This document shows positions 34,492-36,162 of a stretch of DNA of 36,162 nt, in pieces. The DNA comes from a virus (taxonomy: Duplodnaviria; Caudoviricetes): IMG/VR virus record IMGVR_UViG_3300020045_008052, positions 1 to 36,162 of that record. One strand, 5' to 3'. Under the pieces are notes generated by a model. That model did no database searches. It was not told where the DNA came from and saw only the letters and a program-made list of their open reading frames with translations. The position numbers were made by a program, and so were the translations under genes. The first letter of the stretch is position 1. Each line of letters starts with the position of its first letter.

Positions 34492-36041
34492 TAGGCCGTT
34501 ACTCCACGGTAAGCTACTTCGCGATTCATCCAGGCGTGGTTTTTAAGCTTCTGCTCTAAAGTCTCTCCTATAGCCTGGACTGTCCTAGAATCGGCATTTC
34601 CTTGGATAACAATATTTATGGGCGCATTGACCGTACCGCCACCCTGCCGGATTTGCTCAACTCCCTGTCGGCCGCCTAGTTTTAAAACATCTTGGCGGGA
34701 GAGGATAAATTCTCCACCTTCCAGTTCCGCCCTGACCCCTCCCCCGCTGTGCGCAGGACCAAAGACCGGCCCTCCGGTAGCAAACTTCTGTTCCTTAATG
34801 GCATTGATTTGTCCTATACCTGCAGCGATAGTCCCTAGCATCAGGGCAAGATTGAAGGGGTAAGGCGCCGCTGTCAAAGACTTAGTAGCGGCTAGGGCAG
34901 TATTTACTCCTGCTTCGGAGATAGCCAGAGCCTTGAATCTAAGCCTATTCGCCCGGTCCTTCATATTCGCCTGGGCGGTCAATTGGGCCAGCCCACCAAA
35001 GAATCCGGCCGTAGCCATAAGCCGCTTTTCCTGATTCTGCCTATCGAGCTCTATCCTTTCCTGATCTTTCTTAGCGTAGAACTCCTTGGTTTTTTCCTCA
35101 TCCTCACCGGATTTTATTGCATTTAATTTGACCTGATCTCTACGGGCTTGGATATCCTTCTGGTACTTTTCCTCGCGCTTGGCATCGTTGACAGCAACAC
35201 GATCTTTGAATGCTTGCTCCTCAAGTGCTGCCGCTGCTGCTGCCTCTTGATCCTTTTTTGCTGCATCGCCGATTATCTTCTGCATCTTCAATCTATGGAC
35301 CTGTTCGGCTTTTTCCTTGTTCTCCTTATGGACTGCCAGATCCTTTAGTTCAGCTTGGAATCTGGAATTTTCAACAGCAAGATCACGCTTCAAATCGTTC
35401 TTTATAAGGGCGTTTTTTGAATCGGAAAGTTCTTTATCCAGCCGTTTGGAATCATCGTTATGAGTGCGTTTGAATTCAGCAGACTTATTCAAAGCGGCAA
35501 GCTGTACTTTTAGCGTCTGTAAAGTAACTCCGCGCGCGCGCATGACTTCCGGGGATTCGCCTGTTATACCTGCGATATCCCTACTAGCTGCCTTTGCCCC
35601 GGCCCCCATATCCTGGGTATTCCTACGTGCAAGCTCGAATCTCTCCATTGTTTTAATCAGGGTTTCCAGCTGGGCGGGATCTTGTATGGTCTTTCCAAGA
35701 TTCGCCTTTAGCTCTGCAGCTTTCTCAGCCTGGCCAATCAGTAGATTTACACCAGCAAATAGGGCAGTAACGGCAGTAACAGCAATTCCTACAGGCCCCA
35801 AGGCTAGGCCGGCCAATGCTCCACCCAGGGAATTCATGGCCCCGCCAGCCATTCCCGCCGCCCCACCAAGCCCGGAGGTTGCAGCAGAGGCAGTACTTAA
35901 AGCGGGGGTTACCTTGGATAGACCTTGATTCAGCTTTGTAAAACTACCAAGCATCTTCTGAAATGGAGTATTGGCAAAGTTTGCCTGATCCATTTGGATC
36001 CTGGAAACGACCGCGGTATGCCGTCTAATCTCTGCCTCTAT
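34491..36041 (-). CDS. Tail tape measure protein, C-terminal part
   Basis: Ala/Gly-rich hydrophobic stretch, long helical charged region, C-terminal KFATGG...ELEGGEFIL motif typical of tape measures; lies between chaperones and distal tail genes. Confidence 0.88.
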   Translation of the reverse strand: MEAEIRRHTAVVSRIQMDQANFANTPFQKMLGSFTKLNQGLSKVTPALSTASAATSGLGGAAGMAGGAMNSLGGALAGLALGPVGIAVTAVTALFAGVNLLIGQAEKAAELKANLGKTIQDPAQLETLIKTMERFELARRNTQDMGAGAKAASRDIAGITGESPEVMRARGVTLQTLKVQLAALNKSAEFKRTHNDDSKRLDKELSDSKNALIKNDLKRDLAVENSRFQAELKDLAVHKENKEKAEQVHRLKMQKIIGDAAKKDQEAAAAAALEEQAFKDRVAVNDAKREEKYQKDIQARRDQVKLNAIKSGEDEEKTKEFYAKKDQERIELDRQNQEKRLMATAGFFGGLAQLTAQANMKDRANRLRFKALAISEAGVNTALAATKSLTAAPYPFNLALMLGTIAAGIGQINAIKEQKFATGGPVFGPAHSGGGVRAELEGGEFILSRQDVLKLGGRQGVEQIRQGGGTVNAPINIVIQGNADSRTVQAIGETLEQKLKNHAWMNREVAYRGVTA

Positions 36042-36162
36042 AGCGGCATCATTTCCCTTGAGATCGGCTATACGGAAGGCGTGGATCTGCCGCTCTTTAG
36101 CTATCTGCCTATCGAATTTATTCAATACTAGGGAGGATTCGGCTATAGCAGCTTGACGTTGA
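36042..36162. repeat. Terminal direct repeat, right copy
   Basis: Identical to 1-121. Confidence 0.97.

Noticed and set aside
36042-36162. 121-bp terminal repeat as a biological DTR or att site
   Set aside because: It falls mid-gene and has a k-mer-like length; best explained as assembler overlap of a circular contig

Overview
This looks like a circularly assembled tailed-phage (siphovirus-like) genome of about 36,041 bp: bases 1-121 recur exactly at 36042-36162, and the tape-measure gene reads across that join. Most genes are on the minus strand. The late block runs ParB-MTase, terS, terL, portal, scaffold, a broken capsid locus, membrane proteins, a beta-helix protein, a GT4 glycosyltransferase, a 955-aa heptad-repeat fibre, tail tube, a frameshifted chaperone pair, tape measure, tail hub and tail fibre. 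A second leftward block holds RadC/JAB, an HTH, Bet, Gp157, an M15 peptidase, an HNH, an RRM RNA-binding protein and NinG. A rightward operon of small ORFs lies at 16.0-20.0 kb. I see no integrase and no recognisable replication gene. Main points of interest: (1) a promoter-led, highly structured, G-tract-rich non-coding element of about 560 nt (26328 to about 25765). It shares a two-block motif with a pseudoknotted leader that hides the HNH ribosome-binding site, in a genome that also encodes an RRM protein. (2) The major capsid gene is truncated by an inverted, deletion-flanked segment, either a defective genome or an amplification chimera. (3) A glycosyltransferase is coupled to a Ser/Asp-rich coiled-coil fibre. 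(4) Four strong sigma70-type promoters appear to make leaderless mRNAs. All calls come from reading motifs and synteny by eye; no searches or folding programs were run.
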